Positions 43,000 to 57,029 of a DNA stretch of 64,000 nucleotides are shown here, piece after piece; position 1 is the first letter of the stretch, and every line of letters begins with the position of its first letter. A program made the position numbers and the translations under genes. The DNA comes from Eledone cirrhosa (Eukaryota): NCBI GenBank assembly GCA_964016885.1, contig OZ024756.1:40486001-40550000 (forward strand), in the 5' to 3' direction. The notes under the pieces are model-generated. The model was given only the letters and a program-made list of their open reading frames with translations. It made no database searches and was not told where the DNA came from.

Positions 43000-44273
43000 T
43001 ATATAGGTAAAAAGTGAAAAAACAGAGGTATATTTAAAGATGTTTTGCTTTAATCCAACAGAATGAATAATTTTAAAATGTTTACATTTAGTGGATTTAA
43101 ATTGTCAAATATAACTGGTTTCAATTGGTATATATCAATCTTATCAAATATTTTTAAAAGTTTCTCATGTTCTGTGAGCAGTTAGAACATATGTGAATTT
43201 TCTGTCCAAATTTCTTCTTATATATATGTTCTTTATGAAGGTGGGATTCAATTAAATTCATTTGGTTAAAATAGAAAATTATTTTTAGATAAAAACTTTA
43301 TTGTCAGTTTCAATTTGTATTTTTCATATTTTGAAATAGAATCTTGCTCCTTCGTGGCACACCTCAATGACAGACCTGTGGTACACATGAATGAGAGGGT
43401 GCTCTCTCATGGCACCATTCAATGTAGGGGTCTTTTGACAATGTTTTTCATTCTTAGTTTAGTTTTTTTCCCACTTTAGCATTTCTGAATTTAATTAAAA
43501 ATTACAAGAATCTTGTTTTGTGGTGTGGGGGGCACAGTTTGGTAACAACGACTGATCTAAAGTGAAACATTTGTTCACAATTGGTCAAATGGCAGAGCAG
43601 AAAAATGGAGGTTGTGATGAGATTGTTATATATTTTCTCCAAACAAAAAAAAACTATTTCTTGAGTGGCCACAAGGGCCGGCATCTCCAAACAATGATAC
43701 ATTTACCATAGCTCATCCTTCTCAAATATTTTACAGATCTAAAACTGTAATATATATATATATATACACACACATCCATACATACACATTTACATACATA
43801 TACATTTACTTACATGTGTATACAGAGGTGATACAATAATCCCATTAAAAACAAGTGGAGGACCAGTGGCTATCTAAAGAAAGTTTAGCTACCTCCGGAG
43901 GTGATGTTGTGATCCACCATAAAAAACAGGTGGAGGAGCAGTCGGTATCAAAGGAAAATATTGCTTCCACCTCCGACACGCAGCTCATTCCTCAAAGAAA
44001 GGGTGTAGACAATTCAGGGTATCCAACAACTGAACTTGGACGTATCTCCCACATAATTTTATGTAAGAATCTTTAAGTTATGTTCCAAACACCAGCAATT
44101 TTGAAGGAAAGTTGACTCTAGATTACATCTGACACACCAACGACTCCACTGAGCCACTCAGCCACCCATTGATCCACTCAACCATCTGTTGATCAATGAA
44201 AATGACAGTAACCATCTGAGCAACCATCTCAGAGTTGTTTGATCCGTAAACATTGTCCAGTGTCGACCAGATT

Positions 44274-47200
44274 TCAGCGTGATTCTCCAGAAATTTCTAA
44301 CAATGAACAGTCACTGCTCTCTTCTACTTCATTCTGGTTTTGGTACAAATCTCTTCCATCTCCAGAGTTGAACGGTCTTGGCACAATATGTCGAGGGTGG
44401 GGGTCACTTCTGACAAAATAAAGAAATAAATTAAGTAAAAAAAAAAACCCCTATAAAATTTACATTTCACAAATGGTGTGTGTGTATTGTATGTGTGATG
44501 TATGGTATTTCCCAGCGCTTCGTCCTCGAGGATGCACCCTAATTTTGACAACTTAAAATTTGAAAAAAAATAACAACCTTCGGCCTCCAGGACGCACGGT
44601 AGAATTTTGAGACTTATTTTAGGAAAAGCGTAGCGTCTTCGATGCCAAGAAATACGGTATGTTTGTGTGTTGTGTGATGTATATATGTATGCGACCCCCT
44701 CCAAAATAATGAATGATACAAACCTGGGAGAAAAGTGTGAAATTTGGCAGTTATTGGTTGGTGAGATTGTGTGGAAGTTGAAAGTGTTAGCTGTTGTGAT
44801 TAACCTTCTGTCTGACATACAGATCAGTTGTTGTAATCGGAAGCTATTTTCTGACAAATATCGTAACAGATTCTTCTGTATACTGTTCACACTTGTCCAA
44901 TATTCACCCTGGAGTTGATTCAACAATGTCTGCAACTTTTCCTAGCAACAAAAAGGTTAGAAAAAAAAAACATCAACATCATTATTGTCATATATCCATT
45001 TTCCATGCTGACATAGATTGGACAGTTTGTAAAAGTCCAAGACAAAGCCGGTTGGATAACCATGCTTTGCTCATACATTTTATACATTTGGCATGGTTTC
45101 TATGGCTGGATGCCCTTCCTAACACCAAACCCTTTACAGGGTGTACTGGGTGCATTTTATTGCAGCACCTGCACTACAGATGTTGTTACATATTTGACAA
45201 GATTGTAGAGTCTTCTCTATATGGTCACTGTTTGATCACCAGCTCCTTTACAGAGTGTACTGGGTGCATTTTATTACAGCACCAGTACTAGAGAGGGTCT
45301 CATGACCCTGACAAGATTGAAGAAGCCTCTCTACCCTATAATTAACTCTTATTTATATTATATTACAGAGTGTACTGGGTGTATTTTATTACAGCACCAG
45401 CACTAAAGAGGGTCCCATGTCCCCGACAAGATTCAGTTATCAAAGTCACAATTGAATCAGTGGGTCACTGGTTCATTTCTCAACAGCAGCATTGTCTATA
45501 TACTTCAATTTTAGCCCCAGTCCATTGAGCTGTAAAGAGACAACAACAACTGTACCTTGTGCTCCTTCTGTAAATTTATCTTTTCCTGCTCCAGCTTTCT
45601 TTCCATTTCATCTCGATCAGCCGTCTGATGTTTGGTCCAGTTATTTTTGGCTGTTTCTACAGCAGAAACCACAGCTTTCTGTTGTTGTTCTTTGGCACAA
45701 CTCTCCCATTTCACCTTCTCCTTCTCTAACCATGCCTGCCAGTCTTTCCGGCACTGTGCTACCATATTTTTCTGCCAGGCTTCCTTCTCTGCAGCCATCT
45801 TCCTCTTCACCTCCATCTCCAGTCTTAACTCATGAAGATGCTGCCACTCAATCTTGGCAGCATCTACACCAGACTTTATTCTCTGTCTTTCATCTTCCCT
45901 CCGTTCCTTCAAGATCTCAGATGAAATAGAAAATCCATAATCAGTTGCTGGATTTTCCATTTTTTGCTGCAAATCTTTTTTCAGTTGTTGGATTTCTTCC
46001 TGGTATTTCTCTTGGATTTCTGTTTCTCGTTGGCACCATTCCTCTTGCTTCTCTTTATTAACTTCTTCAAGAAGCTCAGCTTTCAGTTTCTCTAGAAATT
46101 CTTCGTTCTTACCATCACATTTCTGTGATAAACTTTCATCCAAAGAAACCTGGATTCCTACAGGGATTTGTGTCTTCTTTTGAGCAGCCATCAATTCTGG
46201 GCTCATCCCAGCATCCATTCCTTTGTAGTCTTCCAATTGTTCATTTTGTTTTATCTGGCAGCCATCTTTCTGTTGTTGGCAAACATTTTCTAGTTCCTCT
46301 TCAGTCTCCTTGGAAACGTCCTCTCTGGTTTTTACCAATAGACGTTCTTTCACTTCTCGTTCCAATTCTGACTTGCCAAGATCTTCCAGGGTTGTGTTAC
46401 ATTCCGTGTCCAGCAGGCATTGAATCTCAACACTGGCGACTTCCAAGCTGTCGGGTTTAGAAGTCAATGGTTTTCCATTAGCAGCCTTTTGTTGAAAATC
46501 TGTTAAGTACAGTGATAATTGGTCTTCTAATTCACTCTTTTCCTGACACACAGACACATAGATTTCTTTCAATTCATCTTCTCGTGTAAGAGCAGCTTCC
46601 AAGTTGCTCTTCAAATATGTGAGTTTCTTTTCACAGTCAGCTACAACCAAAGCATGTTTCTCATCATACTTTGTCTGAAAGTCCAACACTAACCTCTCTT
46701 TTACATCATCCTGGAAAGTTTCATAGGTTTTTTTACACTGTTCTAAGGCACGTACTTTTTCAGCATCACATTTCTCTATTATACTTTCAAGTTTACCCTC
46801 CAGATCCTCATTGGATGTTTTCAATTGATTTTCAACTTCTTTAGCAAATCTCAGAAGTTCTTTATAATTCTCATTCTCCTTTTTACATTCTACCATTTCC
46901 TCTCTGATTGCTTCCATTTCTTTTTCTAATAAATTTTCTTCAAAACTGGTCTTTTTCCCAACCTTTGCTTGTTCTTTCCTTAAATTTTCAATTATTTCTT
47001 CACATTTACAATGTTTTGATCGCCAGTCTGAGAGTTCTTTCTGTAGTTTCTGTACAGCCTCTTTCAGTTCTTCAATATATGCTTGTTTCTCTCGGTTGTT
47101 TATCAAACACCGTTCTAATTCATGCTTTAATCCTCGAATCTGAGATTCATTTCCTGAGTCTTCACTCAAACTAGTTTCTGGAGTGGAGAAAGTAAGCTTC

Positions 47201-50200
47201 TTTTTGATAGCCAATTCCTGGAAAGAATTTTCCAAATTTGAACTGGCATTGTTTGGTTCTTTGGAAGCAAAAACACCGAGTTTGGAAGCTGATTCAAACA
47301 TTGATAACTGAAATCTAAGACTTTTCAATTCCTGTTGAAAATCAGCAAACTTTTCTTCAGCTACTCTCTTGGCAGATTCAGCTTGTTGCAGGCGGTTCTG
47401 GAAATCTGCCAGTTGTTGATTGGAAGAACTTGATTGAGCAGATGACTGCAGTAAATGTTGGCACTGTCGTTGACTTTCCTCCAGCGTTCGAGTCAAACGG
47501 TTGATTGTCTCAGCCCGGTTAATCTGGGCATTTTCAACATTTTTCAAGGCATCATTCAATTGTCTTTTCAACATGGACACTTCTTCATCCCGGCTCTTCT
47601 TTTCTTGTGTTAGGGAATCTATCTGTGTTTTCAAAAGATTGATTTCTTTCTCGTAACGATGTTGTAGTCCTTCAATGATGGAGTCATGTTGGAGACGAGC
47701 TCGTTCTAGGGTTTCACATCTGCTGAGTTCTTCAACTTGGTGATTCAGCGATTCAATTGCAGATTCTGCAGACATCAGCTTACCAATAACTTCTTCTTTA
47801 CCTTTAGTCAATGCCTGAGCCAGGGACTCAGATGTTGCCAGTTTACCTTTTAACTGGTTCACCTCCATTTTTGACTGCTGTAACAAATCTTGACACATTT
47901 TAAGACTTGTAGCAGTTCCATCTCGTTCTTTTTCCACATCTATCACCTTCTGCTGCAGAACTTTCATTTCTTCTGACATATCGTGTTTCAACTTGTTTAA
48001 TTCATTGGTCAGTTCGTCCACCTTCCGGCCACGAGCTTTGTATAAAATCTGCAGCTGAATCAATTCCTTCCGCTCCACTGGACCCCCTAGAAGTAAATAA
48101 ATAACAGAAGAAAATAGAAAATATTGCAACATTAGGCCTCTATAGAGATGCATTTGTGTGTAAGAATGTGTATATTGGGAAGGTGGTGTGTTTTTGTGTG
48201 TAAGAATGTGTATGTGTTCGTTTGTGTGTAAGAATATGTGTAAGTATGTGTCTAAGTATATATGGGTGTGTGTGTGTGCAAGAATGAGTGTTTCACCATT
48301 ATTATCATAATTGGTGGATTAATAGAATCCTTAGAACAATGGATAAAATAGAGTGGGGTTGATATGAAGGACTAAATACCTTCAAGATGGTACCCCAGGA
48401 TGACTGCAAAGACCAAAACAAGTTAAAGACTAGAAACTGACCTATACGAATGAAGTCCTCTTGCTTGTGTGGGCTTGATTCCCTACTATTAGTGGGCTTC
48501 TCTGTCAGGAATGGGCTTGTCCCTCCATCTGTAGCTTTCCGGTACTGCACCTTATAACCACTGAGTTGGTCCCAGCTAGTAGGTACTTTTTCCTGTTCTG
48601 ATGGAAGTGTGTAACCATTGCTCTGGCCTGCCTCAAACCCCAAATTAGTGGTGATGGGCGAGTTTTCATGAATTGGAGCATGGTGTTGTTGGTTTGGGGG
48701 GTGGATTTCACCTGCAATGAAACAAATATGATTTAAAACTTCGAATTTATTTGCTTAAATGCACATAAATTGGCCCATGTAGACTCTTCTTGTTTATAAA
48801 TATATTGTGGGTTCAATTCTGTTGCCCACAAAGTGCAGGTATAGCTGTGTGAGGGTTAACATGGCACCAGTACTATCACTGTATAGAGTGTACTGTGTGA
48901 GGGTTAACATGGCACTAGTACTATCACTGTATAGAGTGTACTGTGAGGGTTAACATGGCACAAGTACTATCACTGTATAGAGTGTACTGTGAGGGTTAAC
49001 ATGGCACCAGTACTATCACTGTATAGAGTGTACTGTGTGAGGGTTAACATGGCACCAGTACTATCACTGTATAGAGTGTACTGTGTGAGGGTTAACATGG
49101 CACCAGTACTATCACTGTATAGAGTGTACTGTGTGAGGGTTAACATGGCACCAGTACTATCACTGTATAGAGTGTACTGTGTGAGGGTTAACATGGCACC
49201 AGTACTATCACTGTATAGAGAGTACTGTGTGAGGGTTAACATGGCACCAGTACTATCACTGTATAGAGTGTAGTGTGAGGGTTAACATGGCACCAGTACT
49301 ATCACTGTATAGAGTGTACTGTGAGGGTTAACATGGCACCAGTACTATCACTGTATAGAGTGTACTGTGAGGGTTAACATGGCACCAGTACTATCACTGT
49401 ATAGAGTGTACTGTATACATATTATCGTGGTAACGACACTTTAAAGAGTGGACATATGAAGTAAATAACTGACAAAGAAAGAAGGTTGTGGTGAGAACGA
49501 AAGAGAAAAAGTCAAGTAAATCAACTATAGTGTATTACCATTTGTTTGATGTGATGAAATATGTCTGGGTACAAAATTGGTGCCATCATGTGGTAAGATG
49601 ACAGGGTGATGTTGGTAGAAGTCCTGCCTGGCTACAGAGTCAGTGCCATAGTTCTCCCTGTAATAAATCTCTTCATGGGACTCTATCCAATGGTTAGTAT
49701 CCAAGGTGTTGTTGTTGTGAGTTGTGTTCTCATGGGCCACAGATGAAGCAGGTATCATCCCGTAGTGATGCTGATGTGGCTGATGGTACATTGGATGAGC
49801 TGTTGTTGCTGATTGTTGCTGCTGTTGCTGTTGTTGTTCATAGCTGTTTGAAACAGGGGTCATAATCGCAGCACTGTCTTTATCTGTGGGTATTGAGTAG
49901 AGGTAGTGGTACTGGGGGTAATACATTTCCTGCTGTTGTTGTTGTTGTTGTTGGCAGTGTTGTCCCACTGACATACGACCACAGCCTGGAACTGTATTTG
50001 TCATTGCTTCGTTCTGTTGCTGGCTGTGAGTGTCAGCTGGTGTAGTCGATGCTCCAGGAAATGTATGAGATGAAAGCAAGGAGGCACGATGATCAAAACT
50101 GCCATTCAAGCTAGAAAACAATCACAGAAATACTAAAGTAAAACAAAAGTTTTAATGATTAAAATAAGGAAATATTTAGGACTAACAAAATATGTCCAAC

Positions 50201-52065
50201 TCAACACTCCAAAAATAATGATTTTAGTAGAAATAACAGTTAATACTCCTTATAATCACATCATACAGTCTTCAAAGAGGAAAGGACATTGGATAATGTA
50301 GTCCTAGATACATCTTCAGTGTACCTATTGTAAACCTGGTATACACAGGGATGTGGTGTACCTATTGTAAACCTGGTATACACAGGGATGTGGTGTACCT
50401 ATTGTAAACCTGGTATACACAGGGATGTGGTGTACCTATTGTAAACCTGGTATACACAGGGATGTGGTGTACCTATTGTAAACCTGATATACACAGAGAT
50501 GTGGTGTACCTATTGTAAACCTGGTATACACAGGGATGTGGTGTACCTATTGTAAACTAGATACACACAGGGATGTGGTGTACCTATTGTAAACTAGATA
50601 TACACAGGGATGTGGTGTACCTATTGTAAACTAGATATACACAGGGATGTGGTGTACCTATTGTAAACTAGATACAGACAGGGATGTGGTGTACCTATTG
50701 TAAACTAGATATACACAGGGATGTGGTGTACCTATTGTAAACTAGATACAGACAGGGATGTGGTGTACCTATTGTAAACCAGATATACACAGGGATGTGG
50801 TGTACCTATTGTAAACTAGATACAGACAGGGATGTGGTGGACCTATTGTAAACTAGATACAGACAGGGATGCGATGTACCTATTGTAAACTAGATACAGA
50901 CAGGAATGTGGTGTATCTATTGTAAACTAGATACAGACAGGGATGCGATGTACCTATTGTAAACTAGATACAGACATGGGTAGACTGTACCTATTGTAAA
51001 CCAGATATACACTGCCTGAAATATTAAGAAAAACAAATGATTGGATGAGATGGGAGTGTTAAGGTGGTAGACATAGCCATCGCTTACCAGGTTCACCACT
51101 AACAACACCACCGCTATTGCCACTATCATGTCCACTACCACCACCATCACTTACCTTCGTTTTTTCCTACTTCCTCTCCTGTGTTGATCAGTGGCCTCAC
51201 CACCACCACCTCCTCCATCATCATCATCATCATCGGAAGACACAGATAAACCATCTTCAGTTATGTCATTGAGTGCATTAGACAGAAGTTGTCGAAGCTA
51301 AATAAACAAAGAAAAAGAAAAACCTAAATACTTAGGTACAGACATGGCTGGGTGGTTAAGGTGTTCACTTCACAACATAGGTGTAGACATGGCTGGGTGG
51401 TTAAGGGGTTCACTTCACAACATAGGTGTAGACATGGCTGGGTGGTTAAGGGGTTCACTTCACAACATAGGTGTAGACATGGCTGGGTGGTTAAGGGGTT
51501 CACTTCACAACATAGGTGTAGACATGGCTGGGTGGTTAAGGGGTTCACTTCACAACATAGGTGTAGACATGGCTGGGTGGTTAAGGGGTTCACTTCACAA
51601 CATAGGTGTAGACATGGCTGTGTGGTTAAGGGGTTCACTTCACAACATAGGTGTAGACATGGCTGTGTGGTTAAGGGGTTCACTTCACAACATAGGTGTA
51701 GACATGGCTGTGTGGTTAAGGGGTTCACTTCACAACATAGGTGTAGACATGGCTGTGGTTAAGGGGTTCACTTCACAACATAGGTGTAGACATGGCTGTG
51801 GTTAAGGGGTTTACTTCACAACATAGGTGTAGACATGGCTGTGTGGTTAAGGGGTTTACTTCACAACATAGGTGTAGACATGGCTGGGTGGTTAAGGGGT
51901 TCACTTCACAACATAGGTGTAGGTATGGAAAGAAAGAGGTGAGAGAGGAAAGAAAAGAATGAAACTCACTTCTTCTTGTTGTTGTTGTTCCTCTTTCTGA
52001 TATTCTTCTTCATCCTGTGACTGAAGAACTGCAGCATCAAAATTCATGCTCGTTGTGGTGGTCAT
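44274..52065 (-). CDS. CEP152: Centrosomal protein of 152 kDa (Asterless homolog), ~1294 aa
   Basis: Exons (minus) 52065-51970, 51297-51155, 50110-49539, 48711-48442, 48086-45556, 44941-44805, 44409-44274; GT-AG, phase-consistent (3885 nt). N-terminal acidic segment SMNFDAAVLQSQDEEEYQKEE/LRQLL (PLK4-binding type), YKVQYR, QLQILYKARGR, INRLTRTLEESQRQCQHLL, long coiled coils, C-terminal QLQGEYWTSVNSIQKNLLRY. There is an in-frame stop upstream of the ATG; the last exon is the least certain. Confidence 0.88.
44501..44659. mobile_element. pogo/Tc1-mariner-type MITE in the last CEP152 intron
   Basis: Ends TATGGTATTTCCC ... CAAGAAATACGGTA (TACCGTATTT-type TIR, TA site). Confidence 0.55.
48845..49414. 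repeat. 46/48-bp minisatellite (~12 copies)
   Basis: Unit GAGGGTTAACATGGCACCAGTACTATCACTGTATAGAGTGTACTGTGT. Confidence 0.96.
50319..51012. repeat. 37-bp minisatellite (~19 copies) with a polar gradient of variants
   Basis: Unit GTGTACCTATTGTAAACCTGGTATACACAGGGATGTG, drifting to ...AAACTAGATACAGACAGGGATG. Confidence 0.96.
51334..51921. repeat. 45-bp minisatellite (~13 copies) resembling a tRNA-SINE head
   Basis: Unit GGTGTAGACATGGCTGGGTGGTTAAGGGGTTCACTTCACAACATA; contains an A-box-like TGGCTGTGTGGTTAAG. Confidence 0.95.
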
Positions 52066-52272
52066 GCTGGCACTACCATCAAACTTCTTTAAGTTTATAA
52101 AAGCATTTGACTTAAAGGGTTTTCAGGAATTCAAAGAAGCTGGCAGGGAACAGTTTACAGAGTAGTTAGCAATTCTGGCATGTTGGTATGGCAGTAACTC
52201 TGCTTCAAGAGAAAATGAAATATTAACACCTCTAGTACAACTTATCTAGTATCTCTCTCTCTATGTATATAT

Positions 52273-52713
52273 ATCATCATCATCATCATTTTACGTCCAC
52301 TTTTCCCTGCTTGCAAGGGTGGGACGGGTCCTATTCAGCACAGCATCTCTCCACTTCGTCATCTCCTCCGTGAGCTTCAGCAATCTGAGGTCCGCTCCCA
52401 CCACCTCCGCCCATGTTTTTCGTGGTCTACCTCTACTACGTCTTCCTTCAACTGGCATTTCCTGGCACTTCTTCACCCATCAGTCATCCTCCATGTGCAT
52501 CACATGTCCATACCATTGCAGTCTCCTGCACACTACAATCTATCCCTCTCAGACAGTTTCTCTCTCAAGACATCCATGCTTGGTTGTTCACGCACATTGA
52601 CATTGCACATCCAACGGAGCATGTTTGCTTCATTTCTCTCCAGCCGTCGCATATCCTCTGCAGTTGCTGCCCATGTCTCACTACCATGCAACATCGTGCT
52701 CCTCACACAGGCA
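52273..52713 (-). mobile_element. RTE-clade LINE 3' fragment with (TGA)n tail
   Basis: MKKCQEMPVEGRRSRGRPRKTWAEVVGADLR...; tail (ATC)n on the plus strand at 52273-52289. Confidence 0.85.
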
Positions 52714-53834
52714 TCATATATATATAGTACAGATTACAGTTTAATCTGTACTAATAATAAATATTTGCTCTACGGGTTTATATATACTTTTATATATATA
52801 TAACATCCATTTTTCTTGCTAGCAAGGGTTGAACATGTCATCGCAGATTGGTCAGTACTGAAGTAGAGCCACTGATAGTAAGGGTTGGACTGTTGACAAT
52901 AGTGAAGGTGAGGTGTGGTGTGGTTAGAGTGTTGGACTGTTGACTACTGTGAAGGTGGCCTAGTAGTCCAGGCTGTTGAATTCACATTCATAAGGTCGTG
53001 TGTTTGATACCTCCACCAAATGGTGTGTTGAGCTTTTGAACAAGACACGTTGCGTTACATATGAGTGGGGCCCCTATCATTAAAACACCCGAAAAACTTC
53101 CTATGAGATGCCAACTTGTAAAACGCTAGTTAAACCTACACAGATGAGCTATACATTTAATTGAAGGGTTAGCCTGACCAAAACACATAATTTTCATCCC
53201 CCAAAAGGTAGCAGGTGTAGTAATTGAAGTTTCCCTTCATTTTCATTTATATTTCAACAAACTCAATGATAGCCGTTGAATTTGTTTTGTTTTTATACCG
53301 CACTGGTTGACACCAAATGCATCTACTTCTGGGTTAATCTTATCAACATAATTCTGGGGCAATAGTGAGGGGCTAAATACAATGGAATTTAAATAAACAA
53401 ATAGAACCAAAATTTTTTTTTTAAGTTTCCTACATACATACCATTTCCATAGTAAAAGTAGTCCGACTGCAAACGTATGAAGCGAACTGTGGAATTATGC
53501 AATCCGTAGAAAACAGTACAAGAAATAGAATCTCAATGAATGGAAGAAGAAAAGAATGAGTTTTCTTCCAAGTATCAAAGAATTCTCCAAAATTGATATT
53601 TTATATCAGAACAGATTTTGGCAGCTTAACCAGAAAGACAAGAGGAAAATAGTAATAAATAGTTAAATTGAGAAAACGACCAAATATATTTTCTCCTTTT
53701 CTGATTCCCATTACAAGCTGGAACAAGATTAAAAGTTGATCCCCACCACCAACCGAAAACTATTGTGTAAAAGCGTGTTCATCAACTAGAACTGTTTAGT
53801 AATTATATATAATAAATATAGTAAGTGAATTTAC

Positions 53835-54240
53835 CTGATTACATATAAGAGAGTGGTTGACAGCCAGCACTGGTTGAGGAATGCCGTGCAACAGACGATA
53901 TGCTAGTCAGCTGGTATGTAATAAATAAACATACAGATAGACAGAGTAGAGAAAGAAATAGTTTAGGTAAGGAGGAAAAGAAAGATATAAGCAGCTGTCT
54001 GTTGGTCGTTGTTTTTCCTACCAGCGCAACATGCGAAGACATGTCCGAATTGTTGTATTAAAAGGGCGTCGCTCTCTCTCCCCGGATTCCATCCTACACA
54101 AGGCATATACAACAATTTGTATACACCAACGATTCTGAAATGTCTACTACCGTTAACCAATTTGACGAAATTGTTTATTTGTTTATTTAATCCGTATACT
54201 TCCTATAATGTATTCGATGTTTAAAGCAACCGCCATTTAA
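53835..54240 (-). promoter_or_regulatory. Candidate CEP152 first non-coding exon / promoter
   Basis: Minus-strand donor CAG|GTAAAT at 53835, CpG-richer segment 54000-54090, YY1-like AAATGGCGG (minus) at ~54230. Confidence 0.4.
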
Positions 54241-54589
54241 ATAAATAAATAAATAATTCGGTGACGAGTGAAATCATGTCCCGTCTGGATTTTATGGTCC
54301 GGATAAAGAATAAATAACGTTTCCTTTCTTTACCGAAATTGGGTAATGGAAGAAGTTTGTTATTTCCACTCCATCCTGTCGTTTATTTCTTCTAATTCTT
54401 CATAGATTATAATCACTGTGCGATGAATATCAATCTCGACCAACAATATTTTCGATAGAAAGAAGAAAAAAAATAAGGATCTGTGAAATCCGTTGGATTT
54501 TATGGTCCAAATGAAAAAAAGAAATTCCTTTTGGGTTGCTATTAGTTTGCTATGAACAAACTATCTGAGCCATGGTCTGCATGTCAGCA

Positions 54590-55640
54590 GTGACAGTTAT
54601 CAGCTATTTGTGAGTACAGTATGGACATTCAGCACATATTTGGAAAAAGCAACCCATTTGCTGATGTACTCTCTAGATCTCCCATTGACCCTGAACCCTA
54701 CATAGCCTCGATAACAGAAGGTCTTGACTAAGAGGCTATGGCCATAGCTCAACAAAAAAATGTGATGTCAAGGCCTACTACACTACTGTCACTTCCCAAC
54801 AACCCTCCTTTGCAATGTTTCCACCAGGAAACCACGATCAATTGTTGCATTAGCCTAGTGCCAAAAAGTTTTTGATATCATTCATGGACTTTCCCACACG
54901 AGTACCAGAGCCACATGGCGCCTGATGTCACACAAATTTGTCTGGCACGCTATGGCCAAGCTGTATCTCCTTCCAACAAGCCACAATCCATCAGCATATC
55001 AAAGCAACTCTTGGCGGCTATGAACTCCATTTGAGCCATGTCAACATTGACCTCGCTGACGCCATACCACCTTCACTTGGTTGCTCAAACCTACTGCCCA
55101 TGGTGAACTGCATCCCTCGTTGACCTGAGGCCATACCTCTCCAAAACACAGGAAATTATCCACGCCTTCATTATGAAAAGGGTCACCTGTATTGGTGTCG
55201 CAGACATCTCATTTGACTGTAGACCTCAGTTCATCTTGAAGCTCTGGAATGACATGTGTGAACTATCTGGCATCAACACGAAACACACAACACAGCCTAT
55301 CACCCCCAAGCCAACAGCTCAGTGGAGAGAATTCATTGCCGTGTAAAGGAATCTCTCATAATCAGACTTAATGGGCCCAACTGAATCAATGAGCTTCCAT
55401 GGGGGGATACTGGGAATCCGCACCACCCCAGAGGAAGACCTCAACACTTCCTCCACGGAAATGGTCTACTGCACTCCACTTACTGTGTCAGGGGAATTCA
55501 TTCGAAACATGAAGTCAGAACCAGATGTCAAAAAGTATCTTGAACAACTGACAGATGAGCACCAGTTCGCCCTAGTTTTATGTCAACGCACGTCACACTT
55601 AGGTCTGCTGTACCAGATGATATCCACAGGGTAAAGTTTG
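54590..55640 (+). pseudogene. Decayed Gypsy/Ty3 LTR-retrotransposon pol (RNase H end plus integrase)
   Basis: DIQHIFGKSNPFADVLSR, AYHPQANSSVERIHCRVK, ILGIRTTPEEDLNTSSTEMVYCTPLTVSGEF, with stops and frameshifts. Confidence 0.85.
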
Positions 55641-57029
55641 TTTTCATTCATCAATAACCATAGACAGGCTTGTTCCTCAATACACTGGTGAACTGCTTTG
55701 TGAGTTATGTTTCAGATCAAGTAGCAATGTACTGCTCATGGTAGCAAGTACAAGAATGAAGAGCTATGGTGATCAGGGATGGGGGTCTTTTGTAAGTAAA
55801 CACCAGCTCTCTTGAGTAAGCTTCCCCTTTCAGTATCAACTCTACCATCTGCATCAGCTTTCAGATCAAATCTGCAGATTTATTTTCAGGAAATGCCAGC
55901 AGTGAATTCCTTTCAAAATCTTAGCGTTATATGTACGAAGGAAGGATTAAATCATATAGGAAGGTTAATTTGTTTTGATGGCTTTATAGCTCGATATGCT
56001 TTGGGTTAAAGTCCCACCCAGGTCAACATTGCTTTTCATCCTTTCGGGATTGATAAAATAAATACCAGTCAAATACTGGTCTGATATAATCAACTTAACC
56101 TTACTCCCCAAATTGCTGGCCTTGTGCCTAAATTAGAGCTATAAATAGCTAAATACCAGAACTTGACTGATGTTGTGTCAGTCTCTGTCAAAACCTATGT
56201 CGTCCTTGGTCACCAAACAAGCGTTTTCCTTCACAAAATTGGGAGGCGTGCATGCCACCTGATGAAGTCTGCTGGGTGTTTATCTTTTCTAACCAATAGG
56301 TGCTGAAATAAGTTCCTTTCTCCATATTTCTTGTAAAATGTTGTAAAACTACTGATATAAAATCTACACATAAAATGTTTGTTATGTAAATATTTACTTT
56401 TGAATAGTTAACTAAAGCATGAAAAACAACACTTCTGAAGTAAAAGAGTTCAAGAAAACAACTTTAATCATAACAAATAAATTAGTTCATGAAAAGTTAT
56501 TTTAATCAAAATTATAGTAATGAAAGGGATGTCAAGTTATTTCCCCATCAGCATGGGCCTAGGAGGTTTTATTAAAAAAAACTAGACCACATATGACCTG
56601 TTGTGTCATATTCACTTAAAAATTATTTTTTTAAATCATGTCCACTTAAAAATTATTTTTAAATAATCAAAATATGTACAGACATGTATCATCATTTCAT
56701 TTTCATTTTACGTCCGCTTTTTCCCTGCTTGCAAGGGTGGGACGGGAACTGATTCTGGCTTGATTTCTACAGCTGGATGCCCTTCCTAACACCAACCTCA
56801 TTTACAGTGAGTACTGGGTGCTTTTTTGCCGTGGCACCTCCACGACCACTTTGCAGTGGAATGATATGGACCCCAGTCCCTATCATCTCATTTCTACAGC
56901 TGAGTAAACTGGAGCAATGTGAAATAAAGTGTCTTGCTCAAGAAAACAACACATCACCCGGTCTGAGAATTGAACTCACAACCTTTCGATTGCAAGGCCA
57001 ATGCTCTAACCACTAAGCCATGTGCCTCC

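Noticed and set aside
43855-44076. 73-aa plus-strand ORF with a weak internal duplication
   Set aside because: Antisense within the probable CEP152 3'UTR, non-ATG start, no splice or domain support.
48970-51805. Repetitive ORFs in CEP152 introns
   Set aside because: Minisatellite artefacts (48-bp and 45-bp units).
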